Of a stretch of 64,000 nt of DNA, positions 48,201-61,823 are shown piece after piece. Source of the stretch: Amphiscolops sp. MND2022 (taxonomy: Eukaryota); assembly GCA_964187785.1 (NCBI GenBank), contig OZ076409.1, forward strand, positions 44,952,001-45,016,000. The letters are read 5' to 3'. The notes under the pieces were generated by a model. It saw nothing but the letters and a program-made list of their open reading frames with translations. It searched no databases and was not told the origin of the DNA. The stretch's first letter is position 1; each line of letters begins with the position of its first letter. A program made the position numbers and the translations under genes.

Positions 48201-51015
48201 AGGAAAAACAAAAATATCGCAGGAGCAACAGCTAATAGCAGCAGAGCACAGGTACACGTGGCTGCGACTCGTTGGCAGTGGCGCTAAAAATAAACCGAAT
48301 TGCTGATGATATGATTAGGTTATGAAGATTGGAGCAGCTTAACTACCAATTTAGGTAAGGCCAAAAACTACAACAACCACGAAAATGCCATCAAATTTTA
48401 ATGTACACCAAGTGCCTTGCAAAAAGTTTTAAACGTTACTGCTTACTTAGAGTGCACAACCCAAGCTACTGTTGAAATAGTCTTAGCTTATTATAGTCAC
48501 AATTCATTAGTTAATGAGGCAATTGAAACTGGAAAAATCAACAACTTTCGGCGTCAATGAGACAGTTTTGACATGTGCCCTCCAATCACGAAGTGAAATG
48601 TGAACTTTTAAAACTTTTAGATAAGCCGTTGTAATCCAGGAGATAAAAAAAAAAACAGGAAATGAAGAAGCAACCATTAGGATATATACTTTTTAGTCAT
48701 ACTTTTATCTTGAATAATACTTTTATTTGTTTGTTGACTTGAACTAAAAACAAAAATTGAAGGCTGATGCTTTTGCCTACCAAGGATCGACCTTTTACTT
48801 GATAATTAATTGCTAGTCAAGACAAAAGATCAGTCACTAAAATATTGATAGCTTGGGATAGCATCTGTTGAAAGTAACACCAACGGATGTATCTAGAACT
48901 GGCGTGAACGATCGTTTCTCGTAAATCCATATACTGTAGAAATGAGAAAAACTGTCTTTCATATTGAATTCAAAAGTCGCTAAGTGCCGGGGCACAAGTT
49001 TAGGAATTGCCATTTATTGAGACAAAATAAAAGGCGATTACGATGAAAAGACGTTTGCTTCTTCACTAGGCGTATGTCATCACCAGTCAGGAGAGTTTTA
49101 TTTCGCAAGGTTCTATAAACTTTTCCTACTGGTGAATTAGGACACTAGAGTACAAAGAGATTACACCCTGTATGACAAGATTGGAGCAAAAATTGAGCCC
49201 TCCTTAAGCTGTATTCAAGCGTTTTCCCGCTATTTTCTGACACGATATCGGAAATATTCCACAACTTGAGGAAAATTTGCCCACTTCGTTGATTCTAAGT
49301 ATCACAAGCTTTGACTATCGAAATAAGAACAAAATTTCAAAAGAATTGCAACAAAAGAAAAAACTAAAATTTTGACTACAGAAAAACGAAAATCGAGCTA
49401 AAGGGTTGAGAAAAGGTAGTTTTCGTGCTGGAGGTTCTTTTTCTCGGCACTAAGAGACTGATCCAAAAAATCGATTTTGAAAAATGGATTTTTTGTTTCC
49501 AGTTTGGGGAAATTGTTCCCTAGTCTTATGCGTATCCTTTGGGGTATTTTTCGGCACTGAGAAAGTGATAAAAGTTTAAAAGCAATGTCCTTTGCATATT
49601 CAAGAAACTCAAAGAGGTCCCCCTTTTGTAACAATTAAAAATTCTCCAAAAAACGATATATCCGGATTACGTAATATTCGGCATGGTTTGTGTTATTGTC
49701 GAAGGGGACTCCTTTACAGCTCAAATGCAGTATGTAGATGACCAAAAGGGACTTTGCCGAGCTTGAAGTAGAACTTTCGGTAGAACTATTTTGGACAGTT
49801 CAGGCGCATCGAAAAACAAGTCGGGAAGGACATGAGTCGGTGCCATATCTAAGACTCAAAAATATCAAAAGGACTTCAAAGTGTCAAGTATTCTTTTACA
49901 GTACCAGAAAAACCAAAAAATTGGACCGAATTGGTGCGCCAGGGGGTCGATTTGAGATTTTTCATCCATTCTCCATTCTGTCTCAAATATCAAAAAATTG
50001 AAGGGGAATTTTTTTCGAAGAAAGTCTCTCAATCCCAAAAAACGGGGGAACCTTTCGGATTTTTTAACATCGATTGTTGCAAAACATCAAAAAATTGAAG
50101 GGAGACCATTTTTTTAAAAAAGTCCCATAATGCCAAAAAATCTGAAAGGGGGACCCTTTAGTCTCACGACCGTTTAGTCTCACCCCGTATTGTATATTAG
50201 GCGGAAAAAAGGAGAAACCTTTTTGGTTCAGTTCGCTAGGCCAAATGGTTCAATTTGACACCATAAAACTTCGTAGATCTTTGTAGAACTATTTTGGTCA
50301 GTTCGTGTGGATCAAAGAAAACACTATTAGTCGCGTTTCACTTCATGAAGCGCCGACTAAAAACACTGACGAAAAGCCATGACTAAGCGCCGACTAAAGA
50401 AAAGCGCCTTAATAAAAGCGCCGACTAAAAAATAGCAAAAAAGGACTTTCAAAAGCAGCTTCAGCTCTGTGGAAAGTCAAGGTTGACCAAATAAATGCTC
50501 TCTTTGTGTCGATTAAAAAAAGGATGCATAGACAGATCCACTACCTTTCTCTGAGGACTGTAAGTGAGCCAAACAGTCAAGTTCATTCTTAGTAGAAAGT
50601 GCGGTTTTGAAATAGGTCCCTGATGGGCTCAGTAATATTTTACCAAAGTTCGATAATAGAAACATCTGAAATAACCAGACACTCAATAACTCATTCGGTA
50701 GCGCACAATTTATCACTGTACCAGTAAACACCTTTGATTCTCCTCGGACTATAAGCTTTATTAGTAGTACAAAAGAAAACTATCAAGCCCATTTGACGTT
50801 TGCATCCATATTTGAATTCAGGAGAAGCTCTCAGAGTACGAATAATCAACACTCTTCATCTCAATGAAAGCGCTGCCTAGCTGCTAAGAGAATTAAATAA
50901 ACTTGCTAAAGGCTTCCTCACTACTACCAGAATTGGCGGTAAAAGGGATGATAAAAATCTGGAAAAAACAAGGCCCAATTTGTATGAAAATTCAGCTCAC
51001 GCAAAAATATTAAAT
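45263..51015. repeat. Tandem duplication, 2 x ~2.88 kb
   Basis: 45263-48135 vs 48138-51015; ORFs repeat at a 2880 offset; scattered SNPs and small indels. Confidence 0.95.
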
Positions 51016-51794
51016 TGTGTGAAGAAAACCGCTACGGGCCCTCTATGCTTACAGAACGCTTTCTGCTAAAAATCAAAGGATTGAAAGAACCCAAAGGAAG
51101 GGTCCTTAGGTCTCCCCTCTACTTTGCAAGCCTAAAAAATTTTGGTTTAATGCGCAACTCAAACCCACGCACTCCTGTTTCTCAGACCTCAGAAAATCCG
51201 GACAGAAATCTAGGACAAGTGGCAATTGTTACTAACTTAAGAAATGCTTATAGAAAACAGCCATTGCTATAATCGAAAACGCCGATAAAACAACTAGTAT
51301 AGCTGTGGGCTACCGGCTGTCGAGTTTGACTTACCGCTTAATTTTCATTAAGACAAACCTTAAAATTGAATTGAGCGAACTAAAATTCAAGGAACTTACA
51401 GCCAAGCCTTCATCCCAAAACAAGATCTTTCATAGGGGAGTGAATGCAAATCAAAGGGGCCAAGACCGAAATTACGTTCGTTAAATGTAAAACGCCGAGC
51501 ACATTCCCATTCCACCTCGAAAAAAGTAAAACTACACGGACATTTGTCACCTTATACAAAACAGTATTCATCCCTAGTTTTTGCGCTCCGGCATAGAAAG
51601 TAGCTAATTACACCAATATTAACAAATTCGGGTTCATATTCCGAAACATTACAGACCACTTACAATTCAAACTCCAATGCTGTGGGAGTTCTCGGGGTAC
51701 TGCCAATCGACATATGAAAATATTCATGCCAAAATTATGACTAAAGCATTTTCATCAACCGACATACTGCAGCGATTGATACTGGAGAACCAGG

Positions 51795-52250
51795 GGTCTG
51801 CCCAGTTGCTCCTAGTTATTTGCTTCTAATTTTGAAATGACGAGTTGCATCTAAATCTGGCTGCTTCTAAAACTTGCTCCTAAAAAATTCCATATCAGCG
51901 ATTATTTTCAGGTTATTATTTGAAGAGGTTAGGATATTTGTTGCATGGCTCGGTCGCTTCGCTCCCTTCACCAAGTAGCAACATTGAGGCACGGCCATAT
52001 GGCGCGTCGCTCCGCTGCGCTTCTGCATTAGGGCACTAGGAGGATGTGAACATAGCAGACTAAGTTATCGCAATTTGTTATCGTAACATGTAGATAAATT
52101 AGAAGCTACTAGCTTACATGCAGATAAATTAGAAGCAAATAGCGTACATGTAGATAAATTAGAAGCAACTAGCAACTGAAGAAATTTAATTAGAAGTAAC
52201 TAGAATTTTCGATTAGAAACAAATAAATTAAGAGCAGCTAGAACCAGAAC
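51795..52250. repeat. Degenerate foldback/MITE-like element with ~28-30 bp subterminal tandem repeats
   Basis: Left arm TTGCTTCTAATT motifs mirror right arm repeats ACATGTAGATAAATTAGAAGC (52086-52175). Confidence 0.55.
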
Positions 52251-54177
52251 ACCTCAGATTTGCAATGTATTATAGAAGTTGCCCTGAGCAATTTTTAAAA
52301 GATAGGAATCTCAATCTGGCAAACCTTTTGACTTGCACAGACAACTATTCTAACAATCAGGATACCCACCAAGAAATTTGTCCAACTGTAGAATTTATTA
52401 TTATTAAACATTTCTCCAATCACCAAATTAGTATGAATTGTGGACGATAGTAGCCTAGCCATAGAGTAGCTGGTGTTGGAGGGGGACCAGAGAGGCAAGT
52501 TCATGCCGTCTAAGCTGGATCATGTATTTCAAGTTTCAGAATTTAACCTTTACTTTTAGCATAACAAACTGTTTTACTAAGAAGAGTTTATATGAAATTT
52601 ATGGGAAAATCTAAATTTCCAAAAGGCTAGATTGAATATTGTGATTTCCTGTTTAGCTTTCCTGAAATGGACCCTGTGTTAATTTACGACACTACAACTA
52701 AAGAGCAGTGAACATTGGATTCTAACCTTAACTAGATACCTACCCTCTCAAACAAATTTGCCTACCACAGAAGAGAGCCTTACAACCAGCCCCAACCCTC
52801 TTTGCTCTTGCAGAAAAAATGAAGAGGCCCCGAATTTTTGCTGAAAAAAAAAGAATTCACTGAATTTATCACTGCCAGCCCTATGGAAACAGAATTGTCC
52901 ACGGAAAAAACGACCTATAAAAACTGCTCCAAACTTGTCAATTCTATTAAATCAAGTGGGCGCAACAAAAGATCCGCAATAAAAGAGAACGACTTCACTA
53001 CCAACGTGATATAAACTTCGGAGTCTCCGCCAACTGACTAGCAACAAAAATTTCACAATTTTTCCAAGTGTTCGTGCGCGTTTTGAATGTTTACGTTGGC
53101 TACGCTCGAGACCTAAAAAATATGTCGCTAAAATATAACCTAAAATATAATTCACGTTGGAAAAGAATTTCGGCACTATGCGACATTTTTCGAAAAAAAT
53201 GCAAAAATTTCATGTTTTTTCCAAAAAAAATGTTTAGCGCTTTTTGAGCCTTAGATAAAGCGCCGACTTTAGACGTTCTCGTCTTGTTCACATACAAAAT
53301 GCTCCACTTGCATTCTCTAGTCTTCTGAAAATTGAAACAGTTGAATACACAAATGAAACACCCAAATGATTGGCAATCGACTCTCTCCACATCTCAAAAT
53401 CAGCATAAGGAACTTAAGTCTTTCCACATAAACCATATGATCCAACGCTATACCGTAGTGTCATAAATGACTCATCAAACTACTATTCTGAACTAACTGA
53501 AAAACATTCTTTTAATGTATGATTCACTGGGTTGCATAATACTGATAACAAAAGATTGAATATATCCCGCCTTGGAATATATCTTTTCTAAGAAGTAGTA
53601 AAATTGGAATTCAAAAATTCAGGAACTTTTCAGAAATCAAGTAAAAATCATTTTGACACAGGTTTATAACAAACCAAAGCCGCATGTGCTGTAAAGGAGC
53701 CAGGTTAGGTCTTTTCCTTCTGACTAGCTCGAATCCCAGTCATACGATTTTGATGAAATTGCACATATTAGGCCCTTACATGGTGTAGAAAGAATCCGGT
53801 CGTTTTTGGTTAATTTGAGGTTAATTTTGGCTATGTTTTCAGATCCCAGTCATATCATTTTGATGCCATTGCGAACGCAGGAGCACCTTTGGGTTTAGAA
53901 TGACTGCAAAATTTTATGAAAATAGTAAGTACAGTATTTGAGAAATTTGAAATTTTCTTTGAAAGGTCGTCAGGAGAAGTACGATCGCATAAGTAGTCGA
54001 AAATTTTCTTCAACTCATAAAAAACTGTCCTAACTAGAGAAAAAATGTTTCTGTAAACGACAGAGGGAAATGTTTCCTTGAAACCTGATTACTTGCTGAA
54101 ACAATTTACAGCTAGCCAAAAGAGATCGCTAAAATGAGGATGTTCGATAGTTTTTCTTCTGATTCTCAAAATATCCA

Positions 54178-54829
54178 TTTTTAGTCGGCGCTTCATGAAG
54201 TGAAACGCGACTATTATAGTGACTCTTTTTTTCTATCCACACGAACTGACCAAAATAGTTCTTAACAGTTCTACAAAATATTATGGTGTCAAATTGCACC
54301 ATTTGGCCTAGCGAACTGGACCAAAATGGTTTTACCTGTTTTTCCGCGTAACATACCATACCGGGCGAGACCAAAAAGTCCCCCCTTTCAATTTTTTTCG
54401 GCACTGCGAGACATTTTTTTTCGAAATTTTTTCCCTCAAAGGGTCCCCCTGCATTTTTTTGATGTTTTGCGACAGAATGGATGTTGGAAAATCCCAAAGG
54501 GTTCCTCCTTTCAGTTTTTTTCGGCATTGTGAGATTTTTTCCCGAAAATAATTTTTTTTCAATTGTTTCATGTTTTGCGACAGAATGGATGTTGAAAAAC
54601 CTCAAAGGGTCCCCCTTTCAGTTTTTCGGCATTGTGAGACTTTAGCGCACCAGGGGCTCGCGCTAGCGAGCCCCGGCGCGCCACTCGGTCCATTTTTTTA
54701 GTATGTAATTTTTTCAAAAAATAAATTTTCGATTTTCGACTACTGTAAAAGAATACTTGACACTTGGAAGTCTTTTTGCTATTTTTGAGCCTTGGATATG
54801 GCGCCGACTTAGGCCGGTCCCGGCTTGTT
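54178..54829 (+). mobile_element. Helentron/DINE-1-like element, family 1
   Basis: Inverted close relative of 36452-37341; both termini intact. Confidence 0.78.
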
Positions 54830-55041
54830 AGAAAAAATGCAGAGATAACTTTAATCTACCAGAGTTTAAACTTGTAGGATAAACAGAAATACTAAATCAC
54901 AGTTCAGCAAGAAACAAACTTTATTAGCAAATTAAGTCTAAAAAGCGAAATAGAAAAATAAATAGACAATATAAATTGAAGCATGCTATTGACATTATGA
55001 CCATGTTGAATGAGAAGGATGTGAAAGTAGATTACAAAAAG

Positions 55042-55301
55042 TCAATGATCGGCCGAATCTTGGGTGTAGTATGTGCTGGAGCCGAGCTGTGATTGGATGA
55101 TAACGGGCATGCCGTCGGTCGTGGTTAACTGCTGGGTCTGGGCTACTCCGGTAGCATCACTGTCCATTTCGGAGCTGGAAGTGTACACCAGTTGGCTGAG
55201 GGGGATCTGAAGAACCTGAGACTGCTGCTGGTTCGACCCTTGCTGTAGCTCAGAAGTGGATTGAGAATCGTCAGATGTGTTTATTAGAATTTGTTGTCCA
55301 C
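55042..55301 (-). CDS. NFYC: NF-YC terminal exon, Gln/Ser/Thr-rich activation region
   Basis: ttttag|GT GGA CAA CAA, phase-compatible with 63535 donor; Q-rich as in NF-YC C-termini; stop at 55042; AATAAA on minus strand at 54920-54925. Confidence 0.8.
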
Positions 55302-56384
55302 CTAAAAATAAAATCACGTTAGCAAGCCGGGAACGTTTCAAATCGGTCGCGCCCTCTATTTGAGCATCGCTCGAAGAGTCCAGTCCTCTAAAATGCTCAT
55401 AGGAAAATCCCCAAAAATGAGCAAAAAATACATTATGGTACAAAAGAGCTAAAGACAGCTAATATCACAGGCGAAAACTTTGAAAGCGCTTTTTTCTAAG
55501 GACATGTATTTGACAAAAAGTCCAAGGAGTAAAAATTTCTCAGAATGCATTTTTTTCTTAAACCGAATAAAACAATGGTAGACAATGGTATTTAGAAATT
55601 TAAAAAATTTTTGATATCATTACGATACATATGCCGCAAAAGTGGAATCTATCATCAAGTGTAAAGTGTATTTTCCGTAAAACGAGAACGAACCGTATTC
55701 TAGTCAAACAGTGCAATGTGTTCATCGTGAATTTTGATGCACAGTGTTATCAGAAATTGCGGATTTTGGTCATTGAGCGTAATTAGAGAAAAGTGGAAAT
55801 AATGATTACGTAATCTCACAAATTTTTGCATTCTCGACACCCACGGTGACCACTTTGTTCCAGCGCCGCTGCTTACCTACCATTAAGGACTAAAAAGCTC
55901 AAAAACTGATCGCAAAAAAGCATTCCGAGCAAATGATTTTTCACATCTATTCAAACATGGGCTTACAATTGCTTCAGAAATATTGTCACTACGTGACATC
56001 GCACCAATTTTCCCGTTCCGGCTTTTTCTTTCGTTTTTTATTTAGTAGACAAAAGTTGACAACAAAATGTATTTGTAGTGCAGTAAATATAGATGGAATG
56101 AGGTTAGCAAAATCTGACTAAGCGGTCACCCTTGAACTCTTCAGAAAACGCGTTGAGGTCAAAACTAGGTCTGAATCAAGGGTAGTAATACTTTAAAAAT
56201 AAAATTTCACTCTATGCATTTATTCATCATGCAATCAATTAATATTAATTGTAAAATTTGTCATCAATTAATTTTAGTTGTAAAGTTTGTAAGAAAAGTC
56301 TTTCATTTTTTCCCATTGTTTGTGAAAATCGGTCTCAACCAATCTTGCAAAATAAATTGAAAGTATATTGATCGCCTCATGGGA

Positions 56385-58320
56385 GGACTCATCTTCTTCT
56401 TCCATAGCTTTCACCCTTCTTCGACGGGTACGCTCTCCTCACCTTCCTATGAGCAGGTTCGTCTGTGTCTGGCTAGATTTGTTGCTGATACTTGAATTTG
56501 GCAATTCGGGCATGTGTATTATGCCAGGTGGGCAAGGAGGACTTATCTCCTTCTTCTTCTTTTTAGCTTTCACCACACACTCTGGGGGTACGCTCTCCTT
56601 TCGGTTGGCCTCGGCAAGTGTTCCTATGTCGAGCCAGGTTCGTGGCGGAAATGGGTATGGTGCAATCGGGACATTCCGTGTATTTGGCTTTATATTTCCT
56701 TGCTTGGGGGCAAAGTTGCAGGGATTCTGTTGGTTGGCATCTTTTTCTGTTTCTTGCGAAGTTTTTCCGTGACAGTGACTTGTTGCATGATGTACAAGTT
56801 CTGTGTGTCTCCGATGAATGTTCCCCGTTACATGACTTCTGGTGGTTTTTCCGTATGTTTTCAGTCTTGAAAATTCTGGTGCAGCTTGGGCAGGGAAAGA
56901 GGACAGATTCTTTCTTGTTATGTAGTCTTTTCGTGTGGATACCCAATCCAGCGGCGGTTCGGCACGTTTTCCCGCATTGTGAGCATGTGAGGGACTGCTC
57001 AAATTTGGGGAAATTTTAGGTTTCAATTGTTTCGTAGTCGTGGGGTTCATTTGCTCTTTATTGTTCCCATCTTTCGATATGGGTCATTCTACTGTGTATT
57101 GTTTTCCTCCACGCTTTTCTATCTTTCGTGTATTTCCCCAAGTCTGAAGGGTTTAATCCAGCTTCTTTGACAAGTCTTCTCCAATACTGGGTAGTTGTTC
57201 TCGCTTTGGTTCTCTCTTTAGGGATTGTTTCTAAAGCAGAAGACCATCCGAGGACAGCCGCTTTGACAGGTCTCGAGCTATCCATTCTGAGAACATGACC
57301 TATCCGCTGTAAGCTTCGTTTCTCTATTTTGCATTGAAGCGTCTTGATGTTGAGCTGATTACGGATGTCCTGCATGTTCGTGTGTGTTTTCTCCATAGTG
57401 ATCAGGGGAGGCTCTTTCTTGTTACTCCACGCATACCGGTATCTTCTGTCAATCCACTGTTGCATTTTGTTGATTTCACTTTTGTACCAGGGGCGGACTG
57501 CGGCATCGAACAAAAGACCGGCCTCGACGCAAGTTTGACGATTATGGCTTGTTGTCTCTTGGACAATCGGCTTTTTACCAACTGGGGTCTTACCTTGGAC
57601 CATAGGAAGCCTGCTCTCTTTATCCTGTTGGCTACATCTACCCCAGGGTCTACCCAACTGCCCAACATCCGTATCTCCTTGGATTTCTCATCTCCGAAAA
57701 TGAGTTTTTCCTCCTTTTTTTCTTTGTTCTTCTCAAATTCTTGCATCGTTTCTTTGATCGCTTGACATCCCTGTTCCATTTCCTCGGCCGTACCCAGAAC
57801 AGTTGTGTCATCAGCGAAAAGGGAGATGGAGAAATGTGTTCTTTTGGCCTCTGAGTTGAATTTATCTGTTTGTTGACTGGACGGGATTTTGTCGTTATCG
57901 ATCCAGTTCCAGGCTATTCCCATTGGTTTACCCGAAGACACTGCCCTTTCGTTGGTTTCCTTTCTGCTGCTTGGATTACTGCCTGATGGAACACATTAAA
58001 CAGGACGGGTGAGGTCGGACAACCCTCCCGTAAACCGCGCTGGGGTATCCAATGGTCGCTGTCGCCTTCCTTTCCTTTCACCACGTATGCCGCTGTTTCA
58101 TGAAGGTCCATCAAGCAGTTTAGGAAAGTGCCTCTCATTCCATGTCTTCTAAGAATTTCCCATAATGCTGGTTTTGATGCACGTGGGTATGCTTTCTCAA
58201 GATCCAGGAGACGCCCTACCGTGTCACTGGGGAGGTGTGTTGGCATCTCAAGCGCTGTTCTCCTCCTCTTGATGAAACTCATGTCTTCTTGTACCCAGGA
58301 GGACGTATCATCCAAAACAG
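56385..58320 (-). mobile_element. Decayed, 5'-truncated RTE-like non-LTR retrotransposon in the NF-YC intron
   Basis: Frameshifted RT pieces LDLEKAYPR, GLREGCPTSPVLFN, LFADDT, IGHVLRM..SRPVK; C-terminal zinc fingers; (GAA)n-like tail. Confidence 0.85.
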
Positions 58321-58935
58321 GTTCCCCATCGTCTTCATCACAATTGTCACTTTCTTCCGATAAATATTCGATTTATTGTGGTTGGGGACTTTCTTCAAAA
58401 GAGGCCCCTCCGGGGCACATACCTATTTCTCCTTTAATCTTTCATTAATATTATTACACTACTTTGTTTTAAAACCAAGATGATTTTGTTTTTAATAAAG
58501 GTATAATTCAGTGTTCTTTAAAATAATAGAATAATATCTGGATTATCAATACAATGTTTAATCATATTTTGCGCACAATTAATCACTGTCCAAGTTTACA
58601 CCGCCTTTAAATCTTTTCGGACTAAAGAAAATATAACCACTAAGCGTAGACGAAGTTTCGCATTCGCATTTGAATGAAGGCGAAGCTCTCCGAGAACGAA
58701 TAGTTAACTCATTCGCTTCATTTCAATGACGTCAGCGTACGAATGCATAATTACCACTCGCTCGTTCCATCGCACGAGTATTGAAATGTCGTCGGCAGCT
58801 TGAGAAATTTAATTCTCACGCTTACAGTCACTGCCGAACAAATATCTGAATTATTCAGTACCGTGAGAAGAATTGTACTGAAAAAAGTAGACATCTTGAG
58901 ATTTCAGTAATATTCCTGCTATCGCAGTAATAATA

Positions 58936-59329
58936 ACAAGCCGGGAACGGCCCAAGTCGGCGCCATATCTAAGGCTCAAAAATAACAAAAGGACTTCAAA
59001 GTGTCAAGTATTCTCTTCTACAGTACCCGTTTGAGGAAAAATTGAAAAAAAATCCGATTTTTTTGAAATTTTTTTGAAATCCGATTTTTTTTGAAAAATC
59101 AGATTTTTTGAAAAAATTTTGGTCATGGCGGGACTCGAACCCATGTCATTCTGCTTGTCAGACCTCGAAAAAGCCGTAGTGGCCAAGTGGCAGTGAAGTA
59201 GTGTGACACAGTTTAGTTAGTGCCGGTTTAGTGCCAACTTATAAAATTTATAAAATCTGTCAGTTCGTTGGTCTTAAAAAAAGTCACTACTATAGTCTGC
59301 GTTTTTCTTCGAAAAGCGCCGACTAAAAA
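58936..59329 (-). mobile_element. Helentron/DINE-1-like element, family 1, carrying a tRNA-like fragment
   Basis: Both termini present; GGGTTCGAGTCCCGCCATGACCA on the minus strand near 59120-59145. Confidence 0.72.
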
Positions 59330-59339
59330 GTCGGGGCTG

Positions 59340-60075
59340 ATGTCAGTTCCAAATCATCTTGAAAAGCAGGGGTAGATGTAACTCATCATACTCTGCGTCA
59401 CCAATAACTTCCAATTCAATTATTTCATCTTGCCCCATTAATTGTTTGCACTGATACATTAGAATTCCATGTCTTTTTCACCAAGTGAATCAAATGAAAT
59501 AATTTTTGTACTTCAAGGCCGACGTTAAGCGCTTGTACACTTTCGAAATTTGATACCATACATTGACTTGAATTTCTCCGAGAAACCTTGCGACACTTCA
59601 AAGTCATAATCGAGAGAAACTGCAAGGAGCTTAGCCTGTTCAAGAATCATATCTCCGGTAAGCTCATTTTTATTGGCAGGCATTCGTTTGAACCATTTAT
59701 AGAGTTGGTCATCCAATAAGGGGAATTTATCGTCTCCAACTTCATTACGATCTGTAGGAAAGTTAGAGAAATATTGGAATTTAATTTCTCTCTCAACGGA
59801 CAAAATAGAATTTGAAGACAACGTCGGTAAATTGAACGCTTTCATAATTTGCTTCATAATAACGCTCGATTTTTAATTTTTTCATAAGCACTGATTATTT
59901 CGTATTTTTCTTGTAGGTAAATTCAAAATAGAATTTAAAGACAATGTCGGTAAATTGAACGTTTTCATAATTTGTTTTAACCTCACACTCACTTTTCATT
60001 TTTTCATAAGCACTGATTATTTCGTATTTTCCTTGTAACGTAATTTTTACCTTTGAATTCGTTTGGCAGGCATCT
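59340..60075 (-). pseudogene. pogo/Tigger-like transposase remnant (CENP-B-type HTH)
   Basis: KFPLLDDQLYKWFKRM...LTGDMILEQAKLLA...FEVSQGFSEKFKSMYGIKFRK; stops, plus a ~120 bp internal tandem duplication near 59800-60040. Confidence 0.72.
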
Positions 60076-60442
60076 ACGTCACAGTGTATCGAAATATTTA
60101 TTGAATTAATGAATTAATGAGAATGGAATTGAAAAGATTTTGGTTCCAATCGTGGGTCGAATCTTGAAGCTTCAATTCATTAATACCAAAATTAATCAAA
60201 ACATTCGCTCAGAAAAAGCTTGCAGATGCACTGTAATGTATGAAGTTTCCTTAATGTTCAAGAGCTAAGAAAATTAGCTAACAGAGTTTAAGGATATAAG
60301 TTGCTTTATAATTTTATAAGTGCTAGATTAACGTATTGGATCATACATGTACTTCATTCGGTTTTTACTTACATGTGAACTATACGTTGGAAAAAAAAGA
60401 AATTACATTCGGTTCATCTTGCCTCTATAACAAATAGACTTA

Positions 60443-61286
60443 TTATTTTCCGCCCACATAAATGGGGGAGGAAAATCATGATCTGTGTTGCGTTTTTAGT
60501 CGGCGCATTTTAGTAGAAAATGTGCCCGACTATTACAGTGGGTAGTTTACACGAAAGGTCCACTTTTTGTTCATTTGTTCAACAACCTCCACAACTTCAA
60601 ACCTCAACAACTCCAACCTCAGAAGCGTCCAAAACGAAAAGAAAAAACAAAACAGACGTCCACAACCTCGAAATCACACTAAGGATCCCCACTTTTTTTC
60701 GGAACTATGCGACTTTTTGAAACTTTTTGGATTGAAATTTTTTCACCAAAGGGTCCCCCCTTCAATTTTTTTTGATGTTTTGCAACACAATGGATGTCAA
60801 AAAATCGCAAAGGGTCCCCCCTTTTACATTTTTCGGCACTGTGACACTGTTCAAAAATCTCATTAAAAAAATTTTTCGGAAATTTTTTCATGTCTCCAAA
60901 GGGTCCCCCTTCAATTTTTTAAAAATTTTTTGCAACCAGCTGGAGTTTCACAAAGCCCGAAGGGTCCCCCTTTTAAATTTTGAGCCTTAGATATGGCGCC
61001 GACTTTGGCCGTTCCCGGCTTGTTTTTACTAATTCTGCCAAAATTCCACTTTATTACTCCATTTAGTAACACGCACTTTCTCCATTTAGTGACACACATT
61101 AAGTAAACTCATCTAGTCAACATTGGTAGTTGGCAGACACGAGGTCGTGGGTTCGAACCCGGGCTGGTGCTTGATTTTTTTGTTTCCCAGCCAGTTGGTC
61201 GTGGGTTCGAACCTCTCCTTCGCTATACTTTTTTTTGCAATAAGCGTGTCGCGGAAAATATCCTGATACTTAGCGGGCGTCTTGTT
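60443..61286 (+). mobile_element. Family 2 Helentron-like element with a family 1 copy nested at 60493-61023
   Basis: TTATTTTCCGC ... GCGGAAAATA subterminal repeats and AGCGGGCGTCTTGTT end; related copies at 9545-9832 (inverted) and 27931-28270. Confidence 0.68.
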
Positions 61287-61349
61287 ACATCATACTCTGT
61301 TCGTTTTTCCGTACATGCGAAAAACGCGTTAAAACGAGTCGTTTCACAG

Positions 61350-61823
61350 CAGGGGCGGAAATAAAACACGGAGTGAAATCGCGTGAAATTCCATGTAATT
61401 CAACTAATCAAATCACGCCGTGATATAGCATGAAATTACAGCTCAATGAGTAAAATAGCGTGTAAAATTACACAATTACCGCCATCGTATACCCCTTTTA
61501 TCGTTAATACATACTAATCTAATCACTTGTTAACTGATTTGTTTCTTCCATTGTCTTCTGCGTCGGAAGAGCGAACATTCTCGTATTTCAATGAATTTCT
61601 AAGCAAAGAAAGGGAAAATATGGATGAAACTACCATAAAACACCTTTTGTTTCTTTATGTCATTGCAAAATTTTTTGAATAAATATGTTAATTGGTATTT
61701 TTTGCGTGAAAAAGCGTGTTTTTTATACATTTTCCGTAATTTTTCCGTGTAATTTGTTTGAATCTAACGTGAAATTTTCCGTGATTTTTCAGTTGTCAGG
61801 TCCGTGTAATATTACCGCCCCTG
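61350..61823. mobile_element. hAT-type MITE
   Basis: TIRs CAGGGGCGG...CCGCCCCTG with exact 8-bp TSD TTTCACAG (61342-61349 and 61824-61831). Confidence 0.85.

Noticed and set aside
52255..52960. Possible LINE endonuclease remnant (YYRSCP..., LDHVF)
   Set aside because: Too degenerate to call without a profile search
55302..55443. N-terminal part of the 133 aa ORF
   Set aside because: Lies upstream of the acceptor at 55301 and overlaps a repeat terminus; intronic
61120..61225. tRNA-like sequences (also ~6060-6110, 17405-17470, 28050-28110, 59120-59165)
   Set aside because: Only B-box/T-arm fragments within repeats; no complete cloverleaf could be folded by eye
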